A stretch of 64,000 bases of DNA from Capsulimonadaceae bacterium (GTDB taxonomy: Bacteria > Armatimonadota > Armatimonadia > Armatimonadales > Capsulimonadaceae), in assembly GCA_965215505.1 (NCBI GenBank), contig OZ244065.1:5088001-5152000 (forward strand). The letters are read 5' to 3'. Under the pieces are notes generated by a model. The model saw only the letters and a list, made by a program, of their open reading frames with translations, ran no database searches and had not been told where the DNA came from. The translations under genes and the position numbers were made by a program. This document shows, in pieces, positions 8,627 through 17,210 of the stretch (within the stretch, counting starts at the first letter, position 1; every line of letters starts with the position of its first letter).

Positions 8627-9853
8627 GTGGCAGACGTTTTATCACAGCGCGAGATCGAGGCCCTGCTGTCCTCGATGGCGACGACCGAGGAAGAGCCGCC
8701 GGCGAACGCGGCCATGGATCAGCGGCGGGCGGCGATCGGGGCCGTGACGGCGAATGTCCCGCAGACCCGCGCCGCCGAGGGCCGCGTCTTCCTGCCGCTG
8801 CACAAGCGCCGCCGGGCCGCGGCGGGCCGGGCGCTGGCCGTGGCCCAGCACCGGGCGTCCTCCTCGCTGCCGGTGGCCTACGAGCCGTATGACTTCCGGC
8901 GGCCCGACAAACTCTCCAAGGACCACATCCGCTCGCTCCAGATGCTGCACGAGAACTTCGTCGGCTTCTTCATGTCCTCGCTGGCCGGCTACCTGCGCGC
9001 GCAGGTCGAGGTCGAGCTGGTCTCGGTGGAGCAGGTCCCGTATGATGAGTACATCAAGACCATCTCGGGGTCGCTCCTGAATATCCTGAACGTGGATGCG
9101 CTGGGGGGACAAGCGATCTTTGAGATGGACTTCGGCATCTTTTTTTCCATGCTGGAACGCCTGCTGGGCGGCAAAGGGTCGTCGGGCAAGATCGTCCGCG
9201 ACCTGACCGACATCGAGAAGGTGCTGGCGAGCAACATGACCGAGCTGGCCTTGAACGACCTGAAGACCGCCTGGGAGACGGTGCTGCCGCTGGACTTCGT
9301 GGTCGCCTCGATGGAGACAAGCCCGCAGTTCGTCCAGATCGTCCCCGGCAACGACACGGTCGTCCTGGTGCTGTTCAACATCCGCATGGGCGAGTTCCAG
9401 GGCGCGATGAGCCTGTGCATCCCCTACCTGCTGATCAAGCCGATCCTGAACCGACTCAGCGCCCAGCGCTGGTTCGTCAGCGACCGCAAGAAGAACGCCG
9501 CCGCGCACGGCCGTCTGCTGGCGGAACGGCTGAACACGACGACCGTCCCGTGCATCGCCCGCCTGGGCCTCGCCTCGCTCACCGTCGCCGACATCGCCGG
9601 CCTGGAAGTGGGGCACATCGTCCCCATGCGGGTCTGCCCCGCCGAGGAGGTGTCCGGCCCCGCCCCGAAAGGCAAGCTGGGGACGGTGGACCTTTTGGTC
9701 GGCTCGCAGGTCAAGTTCCGGGGCCGGACCGGCCTCCGGGGTCAGAACCTGGCCGTGCAGATCGAGCAGGTCGTCGGCCCGCCCCTGGAACTGGTGGCGC
9801 ACCGCGAACAGAACTCCCCCATTCAGCATACAGACGCAGGAGATAAAGCCTAG
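8627..9853 (+). CDS. fliM: Flagellar motor switch protein
   Basis: VLSQREIEALL, YDFRRPDKLSKDHIRSLQMLHENF; GTG start at 8627 inferred. Confidence 0.95.
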   Translation: MADVLSQREIEALLSSMATTEEEPPANAAMDQRRAAIGAVTANVPQTRAAEGRVFLPLHKRRRAAAGRALAVAQHRASSSLPVAYEPYDFRRPDKLSKDHIRSLQMLHENFVGFFMSSLAGYLRAQVEVELVSVEQVPYDEYIKTISGSLLNILNVDALGGQAIFEMDFGIFFSMLERLLGGKGSSGKIVRDLTDIEKVLASNMTELALNDLKTAWETVLPLDFVVASMETSPQFVQIVPGNDTVVLVLFNIRMGEFQGAMSLCIPYLLIKPILNRLSAQRWFVSDRKKNAAAHGRLLAERLNTTTVPCIARLGLASLTVADIAGLEVGHIVPMRVCPAEEVSGPAPKGKLGTVDLLVGSQVKFRGRTGLRGQNLAVQIEQVVGPPLELVAHREQNSPIQHTDAGDKA

Positions 9854-10393
9854 ATGGCAGACACGGACAATGACGGCGGCATGTTGTCGCAGACGGACCT
9901 GGACGCGCTCATCGCGGCGGCCTCGGTGGACCTCCCCGCCGATGACCTGGACTACGGCGGGGGCCTGGGTGGCGGGGACATCGATGGCGGGGACCTGGGC
10001 GGGGCTTTCTCCGGCGGGCAGGCCGGCCCGTCCGGCCCCGCGCCGGCCATCGGTCTGGTGGATCTGCCCTCCTTCGACGCGCCCGCGGCAGGGCCGCGCG
10101 GCGGCCCGGACGGGCCGGCGGGGCTGGGGCGCGTCCGCGACATCCCCCTGGAGGTGACGGTGGAACTGGGCCGGACCCGGCTGCTGATCCGGGACATCAT
10201 GGACCTGTCCGCCGGCTCCATCATCGAGCTGGACAAGATCGCGGGCGAACCCGTGGACCTGCTCGCGAACGGGCTGCTGGTGGCGCGCGGCGAGGTGATC
10301 GTCATTGACGACAACTTCGGGGTGCGCGTCACCGAGATCATCACCGCCGCCGAGCGCAAGGGCGAGAAGGAGTCCCATGCGCTCGCCGCATAA
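9854..10393 (+). CDS. fliN: Flagellar motor switch protein
   Basis: DIPLEVTVELGRT...GSIIELDKIAGEPVD...FGVRVTEI. Confidence 0.95.
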   Translation: MADTDNDGGMLSQTDLDALIAAASVDLPADDLDYGGGLGGGDIDGGDLGGAFSGGQAGPSGPAPAIGLVDLPSFDAPAAGPRGGPDGPAGLGRVRDIPLEVTVELGRTRLLIRDIMDLSAGSIIELDKIAGEPVDLLANGLLVARGEVIVIDDNFGVRVTEIITAAERKGEKESHALAA

Positions 10394-11045
10394 CCTCCCG
10401 CTGCTGTGCCTCCTGGCCGTCCTCGCCGCAGGGCGCGTCTCGGCTGCGCCGACAGCCGCACCAGGCCCCGCCGCGCCGACTTCGGCGGCGATACCCAATT
10501 ACGGTGGGCGCGACAGCGCGCCCCTGGGGGCGTCCCCGGCCGCCCCAGCCCAGTCAGGCTCCAGCCCTGGGGACGGCAGCGCCGCCGCCCAGGCCGGCCG
10601 GGCGGCTGAAGCCCTGGTCCTCGTCCTGGCCGGCGTCGTCGGCGTCGTCTACGCCCTCAAGCGATTCGGGCTGGTCCAGGGCGGCGCGGACGGCCGGCCC
10701 GCGCGGGTCATGCTCTCCGGCCTGGGCCGCCTGCCCGCGGCGGCAGCCGACTCCGCCGTGACCGTCGAATCGTCCCGGACGCTGCCGGGCGGCGCGATGC
10801 TGCACGTCGTCCGCGTGCCGGGCCGTACCCTCCTGCTGGCGGCGACGGCCCACGCCGTTACTGCCATCGCCGACTGGCCCGTGGAGGCCAAAAGGATGGA
10901 GGCCGACGGGCCACAGGACGCGGACGCTACCGCGTTTGAAGAATACCTGGCCCGCGCCGAGGTGCCCGGAGCGGGCCTCGCCGCCGCGAACGCCCGTCTG
11001 CGCTCGCTCCTGCCCCGCCCGCAGCCCCCGAAAGACAACCCATGA
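10377..11045 (+). CDS. fliO: Flagellar biosynthesis protein FliO/FliZ-like
   Basis: Signal peptide plus TM helix and LHVVRVPGRTLLLA; lies between fliN and fliP. Confidence 0.75.
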   Translation: MRSPHNLPLLCLLAVLAAGRVSAAPTAAPGPAAPTSAAIPNYGGRDSAPLGASPAAPAQSGSSPGDGSAAAQAGRAAEALVLVLAGVVGVVYALKRFGLVQGGADGRPARVMLSGLGRLPAAAADSAVTVESSRTLPGGAMLHVVRVPGRTLLLAATAHAVTAIADWPVEAKRMEADGPQDADATAFEEYLARAEVPGAGLAAANARLRSLLPRPQPPKDNP

Positions 11046-11863
11046 TCCTGCGCCTTCTGACACTCACCCTGCTGCTGGCTTTCTGCCTGGGCGCATCACC
11101 CGCCCACGCGCAAACGGGGCTGACCCTGCCCGCCATTCCCGGTGCCGCGAAGAACGCGCCGGCCGCCTTCACCCTGCCGACCATCCCCGGCAGCGCCCCC
11201 GCCAAAAGCCCGCAGCAGGTCGCCAATACATTGCAAGTTCTGCTGCTGCTGACTGTCCTGACACTCGCGCCCGCGCTGCTGATCATGACCACGGCCTTCA
11301 CCCGCATCGTGATCGTGCTGTCCTTCCTGCGGTCGGCTTTGGGCACCCAGAACATCCCCCCGAACCAGGTCCTGCTCGGACTGGCCGTGTTCCTGACCTT
11401 CTTCGTCATGGCCCCGACCTTTAACCAGATGAACGCCGACGCCATCCAGCCCTACCTGAGCAGCAAGATGGACTTCAACACCGCCGTAGACCGCGGCGAG
11501 ACGCCCCTGCGTCGCTTCATGGTGGCGCAGACCTACCGGGATGACCTCAACCTGTTCCTCCAGATGAGCCACACCCCCCTGCCCAAGATCACCGACCCGA
11601 AGCACCCCGCCGACGCCCTGCCGATGCAGGTGGTCATCCCGGCTTTCGTCATCTCGGAACTCAAGACCGGATTCATCTTCGGGTTCATCATCTACATCCC
11701 GTTCATCATCATTGACCTAGTCGTCTCGTCCCTGCTGATGAGCATGGGAATGATGATGCTCCCCCCGACCGTCATCTCCCTCCCCGCTAAGGTCTTGGTT
11801 TTCATCCTCGCCGACGGCTGGCACGCCATCGCGGGTTCCCTTGTGGCCTCTTACCGGACATGA
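11042..11863 (+). CDS. fliP: Flagellar export pore protein
   Basis: TAFTRIVIVLSFLRSALG, PAFVISELKT, MGMMMLPP. Confidence 0.96.
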   Translation: MILRLLTLTLLLAFCLGASPAHAQTGLTLPAIPGAAKNAPAAFTLPTIPGSAPAKSPQQVANTLQVLLLLTVLTLAPALLIMTTAFTRIVIVLSFLRSALGTQNIPPNQVLLGLAVFLTFFVMAPTFNQMNADAIQPYLSSKMDFNTAVDRGETPLRRFMVAQTYRDDLNLFLQMSHTPLPKITDPKHPADALPMQVVIPAFVISELKTGFIFGFIIYIPFIIIDLVVSSLLMSMGMMMLPPTVISLPAKVLVFILADGWHAIAGSLVASYRT

Positions 11864-11942
11864 TGGGTGACTCTCAATGCCACGGTCAACGAAACAGAGG
11901 CCGCCCCAGTCGGGGCGGCCTTTGGCTTGCAGGTCAGGCGGC

Positions 11943-14762
11943 TTAATTGCTCGATGCAGGAGTCTTGTGCTGGGCGATCTGCGCGTCCAGGAAGGCAATC
12001 GCTGCTTGTAGTTGATGCTGTCGCGCCTGGATACTTCTGAGCTGGCGCGCTGCCGCATCTTCCGCACTCGCCAGGGCGAGCGCGGCCGCCCGCCGCTGGT
12101 TGTATTGATGGACCGCCTTGACAAACGCCTGCTTCCCCCGGATCGGCTGCTCACGATACGTCTGCTCCAGTGCCTGCACTTTGCGTTTCGCGGTGATGAC
12201 CGCCGGACTCGCAGGCGGCAGTGTCGCCGCCTTCTGGCTGAGGTCCGCTTGCGCCGCTGCGAGTCGAGCGGCGAGTGCCTGCCTTTCAACCGCCATCAAG
12301 GCAAGGGAGTATGCATCCAGGCTGGGCTGCCCTTTGGCTGCATAGGTGACTCGTGCATGCATCCCCCGGAGGTAGGTGGAAACCGCAGCGGCTTCGGCGT
12401 CCATGGCGCGGAGCTGTGCCTGTAGCTGTTCATGCTGTTGGGCCAGTGCCGACGCCTGTGCCCGCGAAAGGTCAGCGTCCAATGCCTGCTGTCGGGCGAT
12501 CGCCGCGGACACCGGCTTCGCGTAGCGCGGCTGGCTCCCGCCGGAATACGCCGGCAGCGTCAGCATACCACTTCCCTGGACCGAGAACATCGCCGGATCG
12601 AATGCCTTGAGTTGGCTTGCCACCCCGCCCGGCAGGCTCATGGCCGACGCCAGCGTCTTCGGGTCGCCGATGGCCCTGATGACGTAAGGCGGCGCGGTTG
12701 GGACGAAGTTGATGAGGACGGTCGCCCCCGCCGTCCGGACGGAACTCGTGGCGATGAGGCGCTGGTCGTTGACCGCGATGGCCTCCGCCCCCGCCGCCTT
12801 CAGTTCGTTGACGACCTGGTTGATGTCGGTGTCGTGGATGATGCTCGGCGGGGCGACGCCGTTCGGCATGGCAGGGAATGACTTCTTGCTGTCGCGCAGC
12901 GTCACCACCACGCCCGGCCCCTGCACGGGCGTCAGGCCGGCGAGGAAGCGGGCATTGCTGAGTTCTGGGTTGGAATCTGAAGCGGTCAAGGCAGCCGTGA
13001 GAGCGCGGAACTGTTGGAAGTGTGCTTGCGTAAAGGCGGTCGGTGCCTGCGACTGTCCCACCCGGCGGGGACGGTAGCCGGGGCGTGGGGAATGCTGGAT
13101 GGCAAACGACGGGAGCTCGCTCGCTCGCATCCATTTGACGTGAGCATCCACGAACAGGATACTGCTGTACCGGCCCCCACTGTGGGCCGTATATCGTACT
13201 GACTGGCCCGTGTCGCTCGCGTCGCGTGTGCCGAGGGTGCTGTCGAAGGCCATCACCTCCGCCGACGGGTAGTCGAAGAATGCGAGCGACCTCCCGGAGC
13301 AGTTGCGGTTGAAGGCATATCCATAGCGCTTCGCCCCCGGCTGGAACGGATCGAAGAAGACGGTCTTGTCTTTCAGGTAGGGAGACAGTGCCTCCATCCA
13401 GTGTGCGGCGTTTGGGAAATGCCCGTCATGGTCCTGCGCGTACTGGCTGAGGGCGATACCGATCTGTTTCAGGTTTGACATGTCCTGCATCTTCGTTGCC
13501 CTGAATTGCCGCTGCTCCGGGGTCAGCGTCGCCAGATATTTCGTCAGTTGCTCCGAGGTCAGTGTGGCGGTGTTCCCCGTCCGTCCGGGTGACTGTGCGG
13601 GTGCGGACGACACAAGAAACACGCCGCCAAGGGCGGCGGCGACGGCGAGCGCGGCGACCGTAAGCCGCAGGCGCAGTGTGACGGCGGACATGGAGTGGGT
13701 TCCTTTGTCGAGGATGCGGCCGATGCGTCGGCCCAGCGAGGAGCGGTAGGGGGCGACGCCGACGCCCAGGGCGCGCTCGCGGCGGCCCAGTGGGTGGCGT
13801 TCTGCTAATGTCAGCAGGCAGTCGGCGTAGGCGCGGGGCGGGCAGTCCTGGGCGAGCACTGCCAGGTCAGAGGCCTCCTCGCCGGCCTGTTCCAGGCGGC
13901 GGCACAGCACCCAGAGGAGGGGCTGAGGCCAGAGCAGGGCGGTCAGAAGGCGGGCGGCCAGAGTCCAGAGGTTGTCGCGCCGGGCGAGGTGGGCCAGTTC
14001 GTGGGCGAGGATGGCGCGCAGGGCAGCCGGGTCGAACTCCGATTCGTGGGCGGTCGGCAGGAAGATGGCCGGGTGCCTGACGCCGGCCAGGAACGGGCTG
14101 CGGACGGACGGGTGGGCGCGCAGCAGGGGAGGGCGCGGCGTCAGGGCGGCTAATGCCTCGGCGGCGGGGCCGGTGACGACGGGAGAAGCCGAACGGCGCA
14201 GGCGTGTCAGGTGGGACTGGCAGAGGGCGAGCCACAGGAGCAGGAGGGCGGTGCCGGAAGCCCAGAGGGAACCCACCCCGCGACAAGTCGCCGCCCCTCC
14301 CGGAACGGGTGGGGGGGCTGAGAAGGTTGTCGAAAGGTTTGGCGGGATGATTGGGAGCGGGTCAGTTAAAGGGGCATGGCCGAAGGGGCGGTCAGGAAGG
14401 ACATGGCCCAAGGGGGTTCGGCCCGAAGGGGCCTGGCCTGAAGAGGCATGGCTCAAAGAAGCCTCGTCAAGAAGATAAGACGCCCCGCCCACCTTCCCGC
14501 CCGCCCCACCCGTTCCGGGGGGGGCAGCGACTTGTCGCGGGGTGGGTCCCCCCGCCGTAATCCTCCACACCGGCTTGACGTGCCCGGCGAGCGGCCCGGC
14601 CAGCAGCAGGGCCAGCGCGAGGCCCGCCAGGGTCGCGCGGCCGAGGAGGGACTGGATGGCGGGGCCGTGCCGCCGGGCCAGTCGCATGGCGGCAAGCCCA
14701 AGTAGGATCAGAAGAGTAGATTGGAGCAGCAGGCCGAAGGCGATGGGGAGCAGCGTGGTCAT
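11943..14762 (-). CDS. BlaR1/MecR1-like M56 peptidase fused to DUF1559/H-X9-DG-like, DUF881 and coiled-coil regions
   Basis: ILAHELAHLARRD...EEASD; SNLKQIGIALSQYAQD; AGLTPVQGPGVVVTLRD...VNELKAAGAEAIAVNDQR; ATG 14762 overlaps the blaI-like stop. Confidence 0.88.
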   Translation of the reverse strand: MTTLLPIAFGLLLQSTLLILLGLAAMRLARRHGPAIQSLLGRATLAGLALALLLAGPLAGHVKPVWRITAGGPTPRQVAAPPGTGGAGGKVGGASYLLDEASLSHASSGQAPSGRTPLGHVLPDRPFGHAPLTDPLPIIPPNLSTTFSAPPPVPGGAATCRGVGSLWASGTALLLLWLALCQSHLTRLRRSASPVVTGPAAEALAALTPRPPLLRAHPSVRSPFLAGVRHPAIFLPTAHESEFDPAALRAILAHELAHLARRDNLWTLAARLLTALLWPQPLLWVLCRRLEQAGEEASDLAVLAQDCPPRAYADCLLTLAERHPLGRRERALGVGVAPYRSSLGRRIGRILDKGTHSMSAVTLRLRLTVAALAVAAALGGVFLVSSAPAQSPGRTGNTATLTSEQLTKYLATLTPEQRQFRATKMQDMSNLKQIGIALSQYAQDHDGHFPNAAHWMEALSPYLKDKTVFFDPFQPGAKRYGYAFNRNCSGRSLAFFDYPSAEVMAFDSTLGTRDASDTGQSVRYTAHSGGRYSSILFVDAHVKWMRASELPSFAIQHSPRPGYRPRRVGQSQAPTAFTQAHFQQFRALTAALTASDSNPELSNARFLAGLTPVQGPGVVVTLRDSKKSFPAMPNGVAPPSIIHDTDINQVVNELKAAGAEAIAVNDQRLIATSSVRTAGATVLINFVPTAPPYVIRAIGDPKTLASAMSLPGGVASQLKAFDPAMFSVQGSGMLTLPAYSGGSQPRYAKPVSAAIARQQALDADLSRAQASALAQQHEQLQAQLRAMDAEAAAVSTYLRGMHARVTYAAKGQPSLDAYSLALMAVERQALAARLAAAQADLSQKAATLPPASPAVITAKRKVQALEQTYREQPIRGKQAFVKAVHQYNQRRAAALALASAEDAAARQLRSIQARQHQLQAAIAFLDAQIAQHKTPASSN
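14271..14547. mobile_element. Palindromic MITE-like element within the M56 coding sequence
   Basis: 44-nt inverted repeats (14271-14314 / 14504-14547, 2 mismatches) sharing ccccgcgacaagtcgc with the element at 20731-20905. Confidence 0.75.
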
Positions 14763-15151
14763 TCGGACTCCTCCGATCCCGTCTCGGCGTCGATCAGCTC
14801 GCGGAGGCGGCGCATCTCGTCGTCCGAAACGTGCTCGTGCCGGAGCAGGTGCGAAACCAGGCCGTAGACCGAGCCGCCGAAGACGCGGGTGAGCAGGTCG
14901 CGGGCGGCCGTCTCGCTGACCTCCGACTGCCGGGACAGGGGGCGGAAGACGAAGACGCGGTCGCGGCTCTCGTGGGACACCGCCCCCTTGTCTTCCAGTT
15001 TGCGGAGCAATGTCTGCGTCGTGCTGTGCGCGACGGGCGCAGTGAGGTTGAGCGCGTCGGTGATCTCGCGGGCCGTCGCCTCCCCGCGTTCCCACAGGAC
15101 TTGCATGATCTGGAGCTGGACCTTGCCCATGCGGGGCGGCGGTTTCGCCAT
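14759..15151 (-). CDS. BlaI/MecI/CopY family repressor
   Basis: IMQVLWERGEATAREI...STTQTLLRKLEDKG...FGGS...LVSHL. Confidence 0.95.
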   Translation of the reverse strand: MAKPPPRMGKVQLQIMQVLWERGEATAREITDALNLTAPVAHSTTQTLLRKLEDKGAVSHESRDRVFVFRPLSRQSEVSETAARDLLTRVFGGSVYGLVSHLLRHEHVSDDEMRRLRELIDAETGSEESE

Positions 15152-15163
15152 GTGCGGCCTCCG

Positions 15164-15216
15164 TTTACCTTGGTAGATGATATGGTAAGTTTACCACGGT
15201 AAACGGGCGATGTCAA
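15164..15216 (-). promoter_or_regulatory. Promoter of the blaI-like operon with two palindromic operator candidates
   Basis: TTGACA-17 nt-TAAACT on -; TTTACCACGGTAAA (15190-15203) and TTTACCTTGGTAGA (15165-15178). Confidence 0.75.
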
Positions 15217-15496
15217 GGGACGAAAAATTATTTTCGGCGTCTTTAGCAATTTGCCGCTGGGAAGCGATATAATAGCGTAAGACCAAATCTACCGAAGGGG
15301 GGCGCGACCGAAATGTTTCTGACTTACTTTCCTCTAACCGCATACCGGCTGCCTCGCTTCGGCACGTCCCCCGCCTGACTCCCCTGACAACCCAGGTCCC
15401 TCCGGCCTTCTTTCGACGCACCCAAGCCGCAGCCGTTATGCTGACGGCTTTTTTGTTTGGGTGTGATCTTTCGGAAGTGATCTGAGGAGAAGGACA

Positions 15497-16012
15497 TTGA
15501 AGAGTGCTTTTGCGCGCGCACAGCGCGGCGAGCCGGCCGCAGTCGCCGCCATCGTCGAGCAGCTGCGCCCGCGCCTGACCCGGATGGCGGGCTACTACGC
15601 GCGGTGCGCGTCGGAGAACGCCGACGACCTGTTGCAGGAGGCGTGGCTGGGGATGCTGGACGCCCTCCGGGAACTGGACATCGAGATCGGCAGCCCGGAG
15701 CAGTATCTGATCCAGCGCGCCCGGTGGCGGCTGCTGGACGCGATCAAGCGGGGCCGCGTCCGCCGCTGCCTGCCGCTGGAGGATGTCGTGCAGGAGACTC
15801 TGGCCGATCCCGACTGGGACCAGGCGCAGGGGCGGGCGGCGGTGGCGGACTTCGCGCGGCACCTGAAGGCGACTCAGTTTGCCGTGCTGGAGTGCCTGCT
15901 GAACGGCCTGACCTGGCGCGAGGCGGGGGACCGTCTGGGCTGCTCGTCGGCCAACATCGCCTACCATGTGCGCCAGATTCAGCGGCAGTATGTGAAGTGG
16001 GAGGGGGACTAA
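15497..16012 (+). CDS. ECF-type RNA polymerase sigma factor
   Basis: Region 2 ADDLLQEAWL and region 4 GLTWREAGDRLGCS; RBS gaggag; TTG start. Confidence 0.85.
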   Translation: MKSAFARAQRGEPAAVAAIVEQLRPRLTRMAGYYARCASENADDLLQEAWLGMLDALRELDIEIGSPEQYLIQRARWRLLDAIKRGRVRRCLPLEDVVQETLADPDWDQAQGRAAVADFARHLKATQFAVLECLLNGLTWREAGDRLGCSSANIAYHVRQIQRQYVKWEGD

Positions 16013-16259
16013 GAGCGGCGGGATTGTATGGGTAGGGGCGCGATTCATCGCGTCCTCTCATCGTGCCTTTCTTTAGCACCCGCCCCCATTCAGGCGATAC
16101 GAAGGGTGAAGGCGCATCCAAAAATCCGGCGCTTTCCGCAAAGGAGGGTTAAGACCATGAAGAGCTTGAACCCTGCCCCCGGAGCCAGCCTCCGGTGAGG
16201 GCGGAGTAGTTCGCCCCGAATACGGGCAGGAAACGCTCACGAAAGCCCCCGCCGCTCCC

Positions 16260-17039
16260 TCACGGGACGGCGGGGGCTTTTGCCGTCTTGTCAGCCTTGT
16301 CCTTCGGCTGCGGCAGGGCGGGGATCGGCGTAGTCACAGGCTCTTTGGGCAGGCAGGTGGTCAGGGCATGGAACCGCTCGCGCAGGACGTGGGCCAGCAT
16401 CCGCAAGGCCCACTCCTCACTGCGGCGGTGGCCGACGATGATGAGGCCAAGTCCTGTGTCGAGAATAGCCTCACGGGCGGGCTGGCGCATCTGGCCGGTG
16501 ATGTAGACCTCGGCCCCGCGCTCGGACGCCTCGTGCATCAGCTCGGCCGTCATCGCGCCGACGACGGCCACCTTTGTTACCTCGTTGCGCTCGCAGGTCC
16601 GGGCGTCCTCCCGGCCCCCGAACACGTCAAAAGCCGACTTGTAGAACGCCCCCACCGTCTGCGGCGGCACATCCCCGAGCATCCCCAGCGGCCGGCCCTT
16701 GCGCCTGCCCAGCGGCTGAAGGTTGGACATACCCAGGGCGTCGGCGAGGCGCGGGTTGTAGCCGAGGGCCAGGCGCTCGTCGAACGGCAGGTGGGAGGCG
16801 AAGACGCCGACCCCTTGGGGCAGGTCTTCCATTTCCATCTTGAAGGGCCGGTGTATGAACAGCGCGTCGAGCTTCTCCCGCTTCACCCAGTCGGTCAGCC
16901 CCGGCCACGGTTCCAGGACCATCCCCAGCCGATTGACGGCCCTCCCGAACGGGCGCAGGACGATCGGCGGCTCATCGGCGTATTTATGGGTTTCCAGATA
17001 TTGGTCGAGGAAGTTGGCAAGGTTGTTCGGTGAGATCAT
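16260..17039 (-). CDS. Nif3-like dinuclear metal centre protein
   Basis: LFIHRPF, SHLPFDE, YITG, GHRRSE motifs. Confidence 0.85.
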   Translation of the reverse strand: MISPNNLANFLDQYLETHKYADEPPIVLRPFGRAVNRLGMVLEPWPGLTDWVKREKLDALFIHRPFKMEMEDLPQGVGVFASHLPFDERLALGYNPRLADALGMSNLQPLGRRKGRPLGMLGDVPPQTVGAFYKSAFDVFGGREDARTCERNEVTKVAVVGAMTAELMHEASERGAEVYITGQMRQPAREAILDTGLGLIIVGHRRSEEWALRMLAHVLRERFHALTTCLPKEPVTTPIPALPQPKDKADKTAKAPAVP

Positions 17040-17210
17040 ACCGCTTATATACCACAATCGGGCGCTTTTGCACGCCCCGCCGCTTGACTTGTGTCTGCTA
17101 AATGTGCTATAATTTGGATAGATTTTCAGCAAATAACTACTACTTGTTGATAACAGTCTCAATCATGGAGACGACTTAACTGATGACAGCACTGGTGTAG
17201 GAGAACCGAA

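Noticed and set aside
14763..15095. N-terminal extension of the 1,050-aa M56 ORF
   Set aside because: It overlaps the blaI-like gene in another frame; ATG 14762 has an RBS and a stop/start overlap
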